Shown piece after piece: positions 39,432 through 51,005 of a stretch of 64,000 nucleotides of DNA. Source of the stretch: Thermodesulfobacteriota bacterium (lineage in GTDB: Bacteria > Desulfobacterota > Binatia > UTPRO1); contig DAIQBH010000004.1 in assembly GCA_036781285.1 (NCBI GenBank), positions 5,921-69,920 on the forward strand, written 5' to 3'. Below the pieces are notes generated by a model. It saw only the letters and a list, made by a program, of their open reading frames with translations. It searched no databases and was not told the origin of the DNA. Every line of letters starts with the position of its first letter. Positions within the stretch are counted from its first letter, which is position 1. A program made the position numbers and the translations under genes.

Positions 39432-39623
39432 GCGATGTCCTCCTTGGACGACCCGGTACCGGGACGAGTCGTTGACGTTCGACGTGGAGGGTAGGGAAAA
39501 AAGGGGGGACGACCCAGCGGCTCGAATCCCTACGGGGCACGTTCTTTTCCCCGAAACGCATGTCATGCGAGCTCGTACGCGAAGTTTGACTCCGTCCGAG
39601 GCCGCCGCGACGATCCGGCCGCG

Positions 39624-40697
39624 ATGAAGATCTTCCACTGCGATCACTGCGGGAACCTCGTGTTTTTCGAGAACGTCCACTGTCTCTCGTGCGGCCATGC
39701 CCTGGCCTTCGCGCCGGATCTGGAGGACGTGCTCTCGCTCGAGGCGGGTGACGACGGTCTCTGGCGGGCCGCCAAAGGCCGCCGGTATCGCCTGTGCGAG
39801 AACTACGACCGGGAGAACGTCTGCAACTGGGCGATTCCCGCGGACGATCCCGAGCCGCTTTGTGCCTCGTGCCGGTTGACGCGGACGATCCCGGACCTCG
39901 GCCAGGCCGGCCACAAGGAGGCCTGGTATCGCACCGAGGTCGCGAAGCGCCGCTTGGTCTACAGCCTCCTACGACTCGGGCTCCCGGTCGCGAACAAGGC
40001 GGCGGATCCGGAGCGCGGCCTGGTGTTCGATCTCCTCGCCGAGACGGAAGCGACGTCGGTGCTCACCGGACACAGCGACGGCGTCATCACCATCAACGTC
40101 GCGGAGGCCGACGACGCCGAGCGCGAGCGACGCCGCCTCCAGCTCCACGAGCCGTATCGGACGCTGCTCGGCCATTTCCGGCACGAGGTGGGGCACTACT
40201 ACTGGCAGCGACTGCTCGCTGGGACCGAGAGGCTCGACGCGTTCCGGGCGAGCTTCGGCGACGAGCGCGCCGACTATGCCGCGGCGTTGCAGCGGCACTA
40301 CGAGGCGGGCGCACCGGAGCAGTGGCAGGACCGCTTCGTCAGCGCCTACGCGAGCGCGCACCCGTGGGAGGACTGGGCGGAGACATGGGCCCATTACCTC
40401 CACATGGTCGACACGCTCGAGACCGCGGCGGCCTGCGGCTTGTCGCTCCGCCCGCGCCGGTCGGACGAGCCGTCACTCAATACGACGGCCGTGCAGGCAC
40501 ATTCGCTCGGACCGTTCGAACAGAAGATCGCCGCGTGGTTCCCGCTGACCTACGTCCTCAACAACCTGAACCGCGGCCTCGGGCTCCCGGACGGCTACCC
40601 GTTCGTCCTGTCGGATGCGGTCGTGGCGAAGCTGCGCTTCGTCCACGACGTCATCACGGAGCCGATGGGAACCGCGCGCGATGTGGCCGCGGGCTGA
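39624..40697 (+). CDS. Zinc-ribbon plus putative zinc metallopeptidase (HExxH, Peptidase_Mx/DUF2248-like) protein
   Basis: The N-terminus has FHCDHCGNLVFFENVHCLSCGH, and HEVGHYYW is the HExxH motif. Confidence 0.8.
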   Translation: MKIFHCDHCGNLVFFENVHCLSCGHALAFAPDLEDVLSLEAGDDGLWRAAKGRRYRLCENYDRENVCNWAIPADDPEPLCASCRLTRTIPDLGQAGHKEAWYRTEVAKRRLVYSLLRLGLPVANKAADPERGLVFDLLAETEATSVLTGHSDGVITINVAEADDAERERRRLQLHEPYRTLLGHFRHEVGHYYWQRLLAGTERLDAFRASFGDERADYAAALQRHYEAGAPEQWQDRFVSAYASAHPWEDWAETWAHYLHMVDTLETAAACGLSLRPRRSDEPSLNTTAVQAHSLGPFEQKIAAWFPLTYVLNNLNRGLGLPDGYPFVLSDAVVAKLRFVHDVITEPMGTARDVAAG

Positions 40698-40715
40698 ACC
40701 CCGCTCGTCTGGACG

Positions 40716-41870
40716 TCACCCGAGGGCGGCGCTCAACGAGACCAAGCGGCCGAGCGAGCTCGGCTCCTCGGTCGCGAGGGGCACCTCGACGATCAGCGCG
40801 TGCGGCGCGGCGGCCTGGAGCCGCTCGATCTCGGCGCGCTCCGCGCGCACGAGCGTCGCATAGCGCTGCTGGAGCTCGGCGAGCTTGCGCCCGAGCTGAA
40901 GGTCGGCGGCGCCTGCGCGCGCGACGTCGGGAAACGGCGGAGCGCCGAGCAGCGAGGGCGGGAGGACGCGGTTCACGACGAACCCGGCGAACGGCAGGCC
41001 CGCGCGCACGAGCTCGGCGTGGAAGGCGAGCGTCTCGGCGATGCGCGCGGTCTCGGGCGTCGTGACGAGGACGAACGACGTCTCCGGCTCGCGGAGGAAG
41101 CGGGCGACGCTCGCGGCGCGCTCCTGGAACCCGGCGGAGAACTCCTCGAGCCCGCCGACGAACTCGGCGACGTCACGCAGCATCTCGAAGCCGGTGAAGC
41201 GTTCGAGACCGCGCAACACGGCGCTCAGTGCCGCTTGCGCGAGGCGCGAGCCTTCCCGCGCGAGGATGAGGCTCGGGTTCTGGAGGATCGCCGCCGCGCG
41301 CGACGTGAGCAGCGCGGTCAGGCGCTCGGGCGCTTCCAGAAAATCGAGCGCGTGCTGTGTCGGCGGCGTGTCGACGACGAGGAGGTCGTAGTCGCCGCTG
41401 CCGGCGAGGGCGTGCAGGCGCTCCATCGCCATGTACTCCTGCGAGCCTGCGAGCGCGGTCGAGACGCTCTCGTAGATGCGGTTCGTCAGCACGCGCTCCG
41501 CGGCGGCGCCGGTCGGCGCGTAGCGCTGGATCAGCTCGTCGAACGTACGCTTGGTGTCGAGGATCATCGCGTCGAGCGATCCGGCGCGCCGGCCGAGTGG
41601 TACGCGATGCGGCGTGCCGTCGAGGGTCGTGATCCCGAGCGCGTCGCGGAGCCGGCGCGCCGGATCGATCGTCAGGACCGCGGTTCGCCGGCCGCGATGC
41701 GCGCCGGCGATGCCGAGCGCCGCCGCGGTCGTCGTCTTGCCGACCCCGCCACTGCCCACGCACACGACGAGCCGCTGGCGATCGAGGAGCGGCGCGAGCC
41801 GGCCGCCCGTCGGACCGGCCGGTGTCGCGCTCGGGGTATCGGCGGGGCGGGCGCGCTCGGGGTCGGTCAT
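40716..41870 (-). CDS. ArsA/Get3-family ATPase (first of the tandem pair)
   Basis: VGSGGVGKTT is a deviant Walker A, and DTPPTQH matches the ArsA signature DTAPTGH. Confidence 0.85.
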   Translation of the reverse strand: MTDPERARPADTPSATPAGPTGGRLAPLLDRQRLVVCVGSGGVGKTTTAAALGIAGAHRGRRTAVLTIDPARRLRDALGITTLDGTPHRVPLGRRAGSLDAMILDTKRTFDELIQRYAPTGAAAERVLTNRIYESVSTALAGSQEYMAMERLHALAGSGDYDLLVVDTPPTQHALDFLEAPERLTALLTSRAAAILQNPSLILAREGSRLAQAALSAVLRGLERFTGFEMLRDVAEFVGGLEEFSAGFQERAASVARFLREPETSFVLVTTPETARIAETLAFHAELVRAGLPFAGFVVNRVLPPSLLGAPPFPDVARAGAADLQLGRKLAELQQRYATLVRAERAEIERLQAAAPHALIVEVPLATEEPSSLGRLVSLSAALG

Positions 41871-41881
41871 GACCGCGCTCG

Positions 41882-42838
41882 TCACGAGACCCGCCGGGAT
41901 GCCCGCGTGGGTGGATGTGCGAGCGCGTCCGCGAGCGGCTCGAGCGTCGCGAGCGAGATGCGCCCGGCAGGGACCTGCGGCAAGCAGACCGGCTTGTCCG
42001 GGAGCGCCTGCGTGAGGCGGCGGATCTGACGGTCCGCCGCTTTTTGGCGGGCGACGGCGAAGCGGCCGACCGGCAGGTAGGGCGCCCAGTCGGCAGGCAG
42101 GTCCGACGGCTCGGCCCGGACCCGCTGGGCCTCGACGCGCGTGAATCGGAACGGGTCGACGGCGTTCACCACGACGGGCAGGAGCGCGACGCCGATCCGC
42201 ATGAGCGCGGTCGCGAGCTCGAGCGTTTCGTTCACCGCCATCTCCTCCGCGCGCGTCACCATCGCGACGGCCGCACGCTTCGGATCGGCGAGCAGCAGCG
42301 CGAGGTCGCGCGCGGTGCTCGTCAGCGGACCGAACGGCAGCATCTTGAGGAGCGTGCCGGGGGTCGAGAGGAGCGGCACGGAATGCCCGGTCGCAGGCGC
42401 GTCGACGATCACGAGGTCGAAGCGATGCCGGCGGCGCTTGAAGCCGACGCGCTCGTCCTCCCACTCGGCGACGCGCACGAGCGTGAGGAAGTCCTCGAGC
42501 CCCGGAGCCGCGGCGGTGACGACGCGGAACGTATTGCTCTCGAGGAGCCGGCGCGCGAGCGCGCGCAGCTTCAGCATGCCCGTGAGGAAGTCTTCCATGA
42601 TGACCGTCGGCGCGATCGCCGCCGCCGCGAGCTCGGGCGTGATCTCGGTCGGCTCCGGTCCGAGCGTGACGTCGCCGAGGTACTCGCCGAGGCGCCCCAT
42701 CGGATTGATCTCGACGACGAGCGTCCGCTTGCCCGCACGGGCCGCAGCGAGCGCCAACGACAGCGCGACCGCGGTGCGCCCGACGCCGCCCTTGCCGGTG
42801 ATGAAGACGAGGCGGCGTTGCAGTACGGCGTCGAGCAT
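41882..42838 (-). CDS. ArsA/Get3-family ATPase (second of the tandem pair)
   Basis: ITGKGGVGRTA and DAPATGH. The start at 42838 trims the antisense-extended track ORF. Confidence 0.85.
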   Translation of the reverse strand: MLDAVLQRRLVFITGKGGVGRTAVALSLALAAARAGKRTLVVEINPMGRLGEYLGDVTLGPEPTEITPELAAAAIAPTVIMEDFLTGMLKLRALARRLLESNTFRVVTAAAPGLEDFLTLVRVAEWEDERVGFKRRRHRFDLVIVDAPATGHSVPLLSTPGTLLKMLPFGPLTSTARDLALLLADPKRAAVAMVTRAEEMAVNETLELATALMRIGVALLPVVVNAVDPFRFTRVEAQRVRAEPSDLPADWAPYLPVGRFAVARQKAADRQIRRLTQALPDKPVCLPQVPAGRISLATLEPLADALAHPPTRASRRVS

Positions 42839-42908
42839 CGGGAGAGCTTTACTACGCGCGGTCTCCGATGGGGTCAAACGAAGATCGCCGCACGCGCCGT
42901 GGAAAAAA

Positions 42909-42937
42909 TTGACATCCGAGAGCGGCTTCCTTACGGT
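42909..42937 (+). promoter_or_regulatory. Candidate sigma70 promoter (TTGACA-N17-TACGGT) giving a leaderless or near-leaderless acyltransferase mRNA
   Basis: TTGACA at 42909-42914 and TACGGT at 42932-42937. The ATG lies only 7 nt downstream of the -10, and there is no SD. Confidence 0.35.
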
Positions 42938-42943
42938 CGCGCG

Positions 42944-44032
42944 ATGGGTCGGCGCGTGATCGATCTCCGCCCCGAAGCGGCCGGGGCCGACGCCACGGCC
43001 CCGAAGAAGCGCCGCCGTCGGCGCGTCGCGGAGGATCCGCACGCGGCCTTCGGTCGCCGCTTGCGCGAGCTCGAGCGCGAGCTCGACGAGGCGCTCGCGG
43101 GGATACGTACTCCCACGGACTACGAGCTCGCGACGTGGCTGCGCGGCGCCGGCGAGGAGCTCCTCGGGTTCTATGCCGACCTCGGACGCGCGTTCATACG
43201 CGGCGGCCTTCCGGGCGCGTTCGTGCGGCTCCGGATGATCGGCACGGCGGACGCGGTCGACGACTTCGGATACGATCCCGCTTTCCATGCGCGCGTACTG
43301 CCGCTCACCCGGTTGCTGTACGAGCAATGGTGGCGCGTCGAAGCGATGGGCCTCGAGCAGGTGCCGCTCTCGGGCCGCGTGTTGCTCGTCGGGAATCACT
43401 CGGGTGGGATCTTCCCGTACGACGGCATGATGATCGCCGAGGCGCTGCGCGCGCATCACCCCGGCGGCGGACGGCAGGCGCGGCCGCTGGTCGAAGACTT
43501 CGTCTATCAGACGCCGTTCCTCGGCCCATTGCTCGCGCGGATGGGCGTCGTGCGGGCATCGTCGCACAACGCCAACCGCCTGCTTGGCCGGGAGCAAGCG
43601 GTGATCGCCTTTCCCGAAGGGGCGAAGGGGCTCGGCAAGTACTATCGCGACCGCTACCGCCTCCAGCGCTTCGCGCGCGGCGGCTTCGTGTCGCTGGCGC
43701 TGCGGACGGGGGCGCCGCTGGTGCCGGTCGCGGTCGTCGGCGCCGAGGAGATCCATCCCGTGTTGGCGCGCTGGCAATGGGTCGCTCGCGGCCTCGACCT
43801 GCCGTATTTCCCCGTGACGCCGACGTTCCCCTGGCTCGGTGCCCTCGGCCTCGTCCCCCTGCCGACGAAGTGGCGCATCGTCTTCGGCACGCCGATCGAC
43901 CTCGCCGCCGAGCACGGCCCCGACGCCCATCGCGACGAGCTCCTCGTGAACCGCCTGAAAGAAGAAATCCGGGAGCGCATCCAACGCATGGTCGTCGCGA
44001 CGCTCGCCGACCGCGACTCCGTCTTCAGCTGA
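42944..44032 (+). CDS. Lysophospholipid acyltransferase (PlsC/LPLAT family), paralogue 1 with a ~100-aa N-terminal extension
   Basis: VGNHSGGIFPYDGMM is the HX4D motif, followed by FPEGAKG and PLPTKWRIVFGTP. Confidence 0.85.
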   Translation: MGRRVIDLRPEAAGADATAPKKRRRRRVAEDPHAAFGRRLRELERELDEALAGIRTPTDYELATWLRGAGEELLGFYADLGRAFIRGGLPGAFVRLRMIGTADAVDDFGYDPAFHARVLPLTRLLYEQWWRVEAMGLEQVPLSGRVLLVGNHSGGIFPYDGMMIAEALRAHHPGGGRQARPLVEDFVYQTPFLGPLLARMGVVRASSHNANRLLGREQAVIAFPEGAKGLGKYYRDRYRLQRFARGGFVSLALRTGAPLVPVAVVGAEEIHPVLARWQWVARGLDLPYFPVTPTFPWLGALGLVPLPTKWRIVFGTPIDLAAEHGPDAHRDELLVNRLKEEIRERIQRMVVATLADRDSVFS

Positions 44033-44036
44033 CGCG

Positions 44037-44420
44037 TCAGGGCTGCGCGGCGCCCAACACGCGGCGCACCGTGTGCCCGAGGTCGCGCAGATCGATCGGC
44101 TTCGCCAGAAACGCCGCGGCACCCAGCCGGGTCGCGAAGCGCTGCGTCTCGGGATCGCTTTGCGCCGAGATCACGATCACCGGTGGACGCGTGATCGGCG
44201 GCGCGCCGGGGGCTTGGGTTTCCTTCAACCGGCGGAGGACCTCCCAGCCGTTCATGCCGGGCATGCGCAGGTCGAGGATCAGGAGCCCGACCTTGCCGCT
44301 CGCAAGGGTGGAAAGGACCAACTGCCCGTCCGTCACCGACGCGACGTCGTAGCCGGAGCGGGCGAGGGCGCTCGCGAGCACCGTGCGGGTTCCGTCGTCG
44401 TTTTCCGCGACCACGATCAT
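44037..44420 (-). CDS. Single-domain response regulator (CheY-like receiver)
   Basis: LLILDLRMPGMNGWEVL...AFLAKP. Confidence 0.85.
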   Translation of the reverse strand: MIVVAENDDGTRTVLASALARSGYDVASVTDGQLVLSTLASGKVGLLILDLRMPGMNGWEVLRRLKETQAPGAPPITRPPVIVISAQSDPETQRFATRLGAAAFLAKPIDLRDLGHTVRRVLGAAQP

Positions 44421-44465
44421 ACGGCCTCCGCTCGATTCCCTCGATGCCCTCGTCCCGCCCCGCCC

Positions 44466-46107
<1,642 letters not shown>

Positions 46108-46301
46108 GCCCTCCTCGATGGCGGTGCGCGTGGGAAACGCGCGAACGAGCTGCCGAGGAGCAAGGCCGATGCCACCTCCCGGAGGCGTCACTCGCCATGC
46201 AGGCGGCGGGAATAGTTCGGCGAAGATCCCCAGACGTATGCTCGACGCGCGGGCGCTGACCACAAAAGAGGCAGCGAAGACCCCTCTACGGCCGTCATCG
46301 C

Positions 46302-47141
46302 ATGTGGTATCGACGGCCGGATGCGGGGCAGGGGCTGAGGGTGGGGTCGCTCTTCTGGATCGCCGTCGCACTCGGAGTGGTCGAAGGGGTAACGGAGTTC
46401 GTGCCCGTGTCGTCGACGGGCCACCTCATACTCGCGGGCACCTGGCTCGCCTTTCCCGAGGACAAGGCCGCCGCCTTCGAGATCTTCATCCAGCTCGGCG
46501 CGGTGCTCGCCGTCGTCTGGTTCTATCGGGAGCGCGTCCTGCTCGTTCTGCGCGGCGTCACGCGCGATGCCGCGGCGCAGGCATTCGTCGGAAAGCTCGT
46601 GGTCGCTTTCGTCCCGGCCGCGGTGGTCGGGCTCCTGCTGCACGACTGGATCGTCGAGGTGCTGTTCGGTCCGCTGCCGGTTGCGGCCGGCCTCGCCGTC
46701 GGTGGGGCGTTTCTCCTCGCGATCGATCGGCCGGACCGGCCGGCCGCGGCGACGACGCTCCTCGACGACGTCGGGTGGGGCCAGGCGTTCGCGATCGGCT
46801 GCGCGCAGGTGGCGTCGCTCTGGCCCGGCGTCTCGCGGTCGGGCGCGACGATCATCGGCGCGCTCCTCGCCGGACTCTCACGCAGCGTCGCGCTCGAGTT
46901 CTCGTTCTTCCTCGCGATCCCGACGCTCGGCGCCGCCTCACTCTACGCGCTCTGGAAGGCGCGCCACGCGCTCGTGGCCGCCGACGCTCCGATCTTCGCG
47001 GTCGGCCTCGGCGTCTCGTTCGTCGTGTCGTTGGCGGTGATCGCGGTGCTCCTCCGCTTCGTCCGCGACCACGACCTCCGGATCTTCGGCTGGTACCGCC
47101 TGGCGCTGGCGGCGCTGATCGTTCTCCTGATCGCGCGCTGA
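46302..47141 (+). CDS. uppP: Undecaprenyl-diphosphate phosphatase
   Basis: VVEGVTEFVPVSSTGHL and the SRSGATI motif. A GTG alternative start exists at 46341. Confidence 0.85.
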   Translation: MWYRRPDAGQGLRVGSLFWIAVALGVVEGVTEFVPVSSTGHLILAGTWLAFPEDKAAAFEIFIQLGAVLAVVWFYRERVLLVLRGVTRDAAAQAFVGKLVVAFVPAAVVGLLLHDWIVEVLFGPLPVAAGLAVGGAFLLAIDRPDRPAAATTLLDDVGWGQAFAIGCAQVASLWPGVSRSGATIIGALLAGLSRSVALEFSFFLAIPTLGAASLYALWKARHALVAADAPIFAVGLGVSFVVSLAVIAVLLRFVRDHDLRIFGWYRLALAALIVLLIAR

Positions 47142-47150
47142 GCCGCTCGG

Positions 47151-47975
47151 CTAGCCGAAGATGACGGTGCTGCGGCGCAGGCGTTCCGCGTCCAGCAGAC
47201 GCTGCACTTCCGTGCGGACGTACTCCGCGCGCTCATGCAGGAACTGCTCGCGCGGCGTGCGCGGATACGGCCGGACGGGCATGAGCGGCGGGCCGAACCG
47301 GATGCGCCACTTCGTCGGCAACGGCAGGTAGCCGAGCGGGCCGAGGAGGTAGAGCAGGCTCGGCACCGGGATGAAGGGGACTTTGAACGGGATCGGCAGC
47401 TGCGGGATCCGGAAAAGCGAGCGCGTCGTTTCCTCGGCGCCGATAACGGCGACCGGCACGACCGGTGCTTGATGTCGCGCGCTCAGGTGCGCGACGCCCG
47501 TGCGGAACGGACGCAGGCAATACGCTTGATGGTAGGGCTTCCCGAGGGCTTCCTCGCCTTCGGGGAAAATGCCGACGGCCTCGCCGCGCTTCAGGAGCGT
47601 CGCGCCGTTCGTCGTGGACGCCTCGACGCCGCCGAGGCGACTGAAGAGACCGCCCACGTAGGGCAGGTCGGTCACGAACTTCGCGTAGAGCATGCGGACG
47701 ACGCGATGCGCGGGGTGCTCGTCTTCGACCGCGAGTGAGATCATCGCGGCGTCGAAGGGGAGCGCGCCCGAGTGGTTCGCGGCGAGCAGGACCGGCCCTT
47801 CGGTCGGCAGATGCTCGATGCCTTCGACCTCGACGCGCCAGTAGTACTTGTAGAGGAAGCGGAAGAACGGCTTGGCTCGTTCGCGCGCGGCCGGATCGAA
47901 GCCGAAGGGATCGACGCCGCCTCGCGCCGCAGTCCTCGCCTTCCGAATGCCGCCGCTCCGCACCACCTCGTTCAT
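47151..47975 (-). CDS. Lysophospholipid acyltransferase (PlsC/LPLAT family), paralogue 2
   Basis: LLAANHSGALPFDAAM, FPEGEEALGK and LPLPTKWRIRFGPP are co-linear with the 42944..44032 gene. Confidence 0.85.
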   Translation of the reverse strand: MNEVVRSGGIRKARTAARGGVDPFGFDPAARERAKPFFRFLYKYYWRVEVEGIEHLPTEGPVLLAANHSGALPFDAAMISLAVEDEHPAHRVVRMLYAKFVTDLPYVGGLFSRLGGVEASTTNGATLLKRGEAVGIFPEGEEALGKPYHQAYCLRPFRTGVAHLSARHQAPVVPVAVIGAEETTRSLFRIPQLPIPFKVPFIPVPSLLYLLGPLGYLPLPTKWRIRFGPPLMPVRPYPRTPREQFLHERAEYVRTEVQRLLDAERLRRSTVIFG

Positions 47976-48158
47976 CGACCGCCCCTCCCCGGCACTTCTG
48001 CGAGCCACCAACCGCCGCTGCGACCGCACCCCACTGTGCGGTTGGCGGCACATAGCACACGTCTTTCCGGATGTCTCGGATTATCTCGATGGCGCGGCGC
48101 AGCAGCGCGCGAATTCGTCGCGCTTGACGGCGCGCGTGACGAAGGCGATGCCCGGCCC

Positions 48159-49715
48159 GTGGTCGCCATCTCGAAGGCGAGGTTCGTAGCCGGGCTCCAG
48201 TGCGCAAAGCGGCTCTTCCTGGAGACGCACGCGCCCGATCGGCGAGATCCCGAGGGGCCGGGGCGCGCCGCATTGCAGGAGGCGGGGATCGAGGTCGGCA
48301 TCGTCGCCCGTCGCCGATTCCCGGGCGGGGTCTTGGTCGGCGCGGAGGCCGGGTGGGACGACGCACTCGCCCGCACGGCGGCGCTCGTCGCGGATCCGGA
48401 CGTGCCGGCGATCTTCGAGGCGGCCTTCGAGCACGCGGGAGCTCGGATGCGGGCCGACGTCCTTCGGCGGGTCGGCCAGGGTCGCTTCGTGCTCGTCGAG
48501 GTGAAGCTCGGCAGCAAGGTGCGCGCATACCACGAGACGGATCTCGCCTTTCAGCTCGCCGTCCTCGGCGGGGCGGGCGTCGAGGTCGAGCGCGTCGAGC
48601 TCCTCCTGCTCGATCGGAGCTACGTGCATCCCGGGGGACCGCCCGACCCGTTTCGACTCTTCACGGTGGTCGACCTGAGCGAGAAGGCGCTGCCGCAGGT
48701 CGCGACGATACGGGAACGCCTCCCGGCGATGCGGGGCGTCGTAGAGGCCTCGGACGCCCCCGCGGTCGACCCCGGTCCGCAGTGCCTGACGCCCTTTCGA
48801 TGTCCCTTCTTCGGTCACTGTCACGTCGGCGGCCCGGCGTTCCCGGTAACCGATCTGCCGAGGCTCACGGGCGAGCAGCTCGCCGGGCTCGCGGCGATCG
48901 GCGTCGCCGACATCCGCGACGTCCCGCCGGAGTTTCCCGGGCTCTCGCCGCTCCAGCAGCGCGCCGTCGCTTCCGTTCGGGCGGGGCGGGCGATCCGCGA
49001 GCCGGCGCTGGTCGCGAAGCTGGCGGCGATCGCGCTGCCGGCGCACTTCGTCGACTTCGAGACGTTCGCGCCGGCGATTCCCGTCTTCCCTGGGACGGGC
49101 CCCTTCGAGCAGGTGCCCTTCCAGTGGTCGGACCACGTCCTCGAGCCGGACGGCACCGTCCGCCATCGCGAGTTCCTGCACGACGAGGGTGCGGACCCGC
49201 GCCGGGCCTTCGCCGAGAGTCTGCTCGCCGCGACGGCCGACGCCGCGTCGCTGGTCGTCTACTCGAGCTTCGAGGGCGACGTGCTGACGGCGCTCGCCGC
49301 GCAGCTTCCGGATCTGGCGGGCGCGCTCCGGGCGCGGCGTGACCGCATCGTCGACCTGCTGCCGCTCGTGCGCGACCACGCCTACCATCCGGCCCTCCGC
49401 GGCTCGTTCTCGATCAAGCGCGTGCTGCCGGCGTTCGTGCCCGGGCTCGGCTACGACGATCTCGCGATCCAGGACGGGCTCACCGCGTCGCTGTCGCACG
49501 CCGTCCTGGTCGATCCCGGGCTCGATGCCGAACGGCGGGCGGCGCTCCGCGCGCAGCTGCTCGCGTACTGCGGTCGGGACACGGAGGCCATGCTGGCGTT
49601 GTACCGCGCGCTGGGGCGCGCGTTCGATGAGGAGCCCGCGCTCGCCGGCGAGGCCGGACGTCCCCTTGAGTCACCCCCCGCTTTTTGCCATCGCATCCCG
49701 GAGGAGGAACCCCAC
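48159..49715 (+). CDS. DUF2779-like (RecB/PD-(D/E)xK-type) protein that continues in frame, with no stop codon, into the downstream peroxiredoxin
   Basis: ISKARFVAGLQCAKRLFLE at the N-terminus and a C-terminal YCGRDTEAMLALYRAL. The start is a GTG at 48159. The missing stop may reflect a frameshift or assembly error, or a real fusion. Confidence 0.6.
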
Positions 49716-50348
49716 ATGGCATTACGACTCGGCGACACCGCGCCGGATTTCACGGCCGACACGACGGAAGGTCGCATCAGTTTCCACGAGTTCATCGGCA
49801 ACAACTGGGTGGTGCTGTTCTCCCACCCCAAGGACTTCACGCCGGTCTGTACGACCGAGCTCGGCTACATGGCGCGCATCAAGCCCGAGTTCGACAAGCG
49901 CGGCGTCAAGATTCTCGGCCTCAGCGTCGACTCCAACGACTCGCACACGAAGTGGTCGCAAGACATCAAAGAGACGCAGGGCCACGCTCCGAACTACCCG
50001 CTGATCGCCGACCCCGAGCGCAAGGTCGCCGATCTCTACGACATGATCCACCCGAACGCGCTCGACACGCTGACGGTGCGCTCGGTCTTCGTGATCGGGC
50101 CCGACAAGAAGATCAAGCTGATGCTCACCTACCCGGCGAGCACCGGCCGGAACTTCGACGAGCTCCTGCGCGTGATCGACTCGCTCCAGCTCACGTCGAA
50201 GCACTCGGTCGCGACGCCGGTGAACTGGAAGAACGGCGACGACTGCATCATCGTGCCGTCGATCTCGGACGACGACGCGAAGAAGAAGTTCCCCGGCGGG
50301 TGGAAGGCGCTGAAGCCCTACCTCCGGATCGTGCCCCAGCCGCAGTAG
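49716..50348 (+). CDS. 1-Cys peroxiredoxin (Prx6-type)
   Basis: FTPVCTTELG has the peroxidatic Cys, and a strong GGAGGAGGAA RBS lies immediately upstream. Confidence 0.85.
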   Translation: MALRLGDTAPDFTADTTEGRISFHEFIGNNWVVLFSHPKDFTPVCTTELGYMARIKPEFDKRGVKILGLSVDSNDSHTKWSQDIKETQGHAPNYPLIADPERKVADLYDMIHPNALDTLTVRSVFVIGPDKKIKLMLTYPASTGRNFDELLRVIDSLQLTSKHSVATPVNWKNGDDCIIVPSISDDDAKKKFPGGWKALKPYLRIVPQPQ

Positions 50349-50494
50349 GCACTCCCCTCCGTGTCCGGCACGGCGGTGGACGCCTCGCGTCCGCCGCCGT
50401 CGCCGGGAACGAGCCGTTCGAACGGCCGCTCCCCGCAGCGTGCAGCGACGCGCGGTAGTTGACCACTCGCGAAGGCGTCGGTAAGCCTGCCGCG

Positions 50495-50968
50495 ATGACC
50501 CCACGCACGACGATCATGCTGGTGCTCGCCGCCGCGCTCGCCTTCGGCTGTCAGAGCGCGCCCGAGACCACCGGCTCGGACTCCGGCGTGTCCGGAGAGA
50601 AGAAGGCGGCGACGAAGATGGCGGGCAATCTGGAGACGACTCCGAGCGGGCTTCAGTACGAGGACCTCAAGGTCGGAACCGGCGCGTCGCCGCAGACGGG
50701 CCAGACCGCGGTCGTGCATTACACGGGCACGCTCGCGGACGGGAAGGTGTTCGACAGCTCGAAGCCGCGCGGCCAGCCGTTCACGTTCGCGCTCGGACGC
50801 GGGCAGGTCATCAAGGGCTGGGACGAGGGCGTGGCGACGATGAAGGTCGGTGGGACGCGCAAGCTCGTCATTCCGCCCGACCTCGCGTACGGCGCGCGCG
50901 GCGCCGGCGACGTCATTCCGCCGAACGCGACGCTGACCTTCGAGGTCGAGCTCCTCGAAATCCGCTGA
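50495..50968 (+). CDS. FKBP-type peptidyl-prolyl isomerase lipoprotein
   Basis: Lipobox LAFGC, then the FKBP fold ([17 protein letters not shown]...GWDEGV). Confidence 0.85.
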   Translation: MTPRTTIMLVLAAALAFGCQSAPETTGSDSGVSGEKKAATKMAGNLETTPSGLQYEDLKVGTGASPQTGQTAVVHYTGTLADGKVFDSSKPRGQPFTFALGRGQVIKGWDEGVATMKVGGTRKLVIPPDLAYGARGAGDVIPPNATLTFEVELLEIR

Positions 50969-51005
50969 GCGCGCGCGCGACGCGCGTCGAGTTGCGGGAG
51001 GTCGT

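Noticed and set aside
37869-39494. A 541-aa + strand ORF opposite the Cys-rich secreted protein
   Set aside because: It is antisense with Arg/Gly-rich composition. The minus-strand gene has a signal peptide and a strong RBS.
41915-42943. The 5' two-thirds of the 705-aa + ORF
   Set aside because: It is antisense to the second ArsA-like gene. Only the part from the ATG at 42944 (the acyltransferase) is real.
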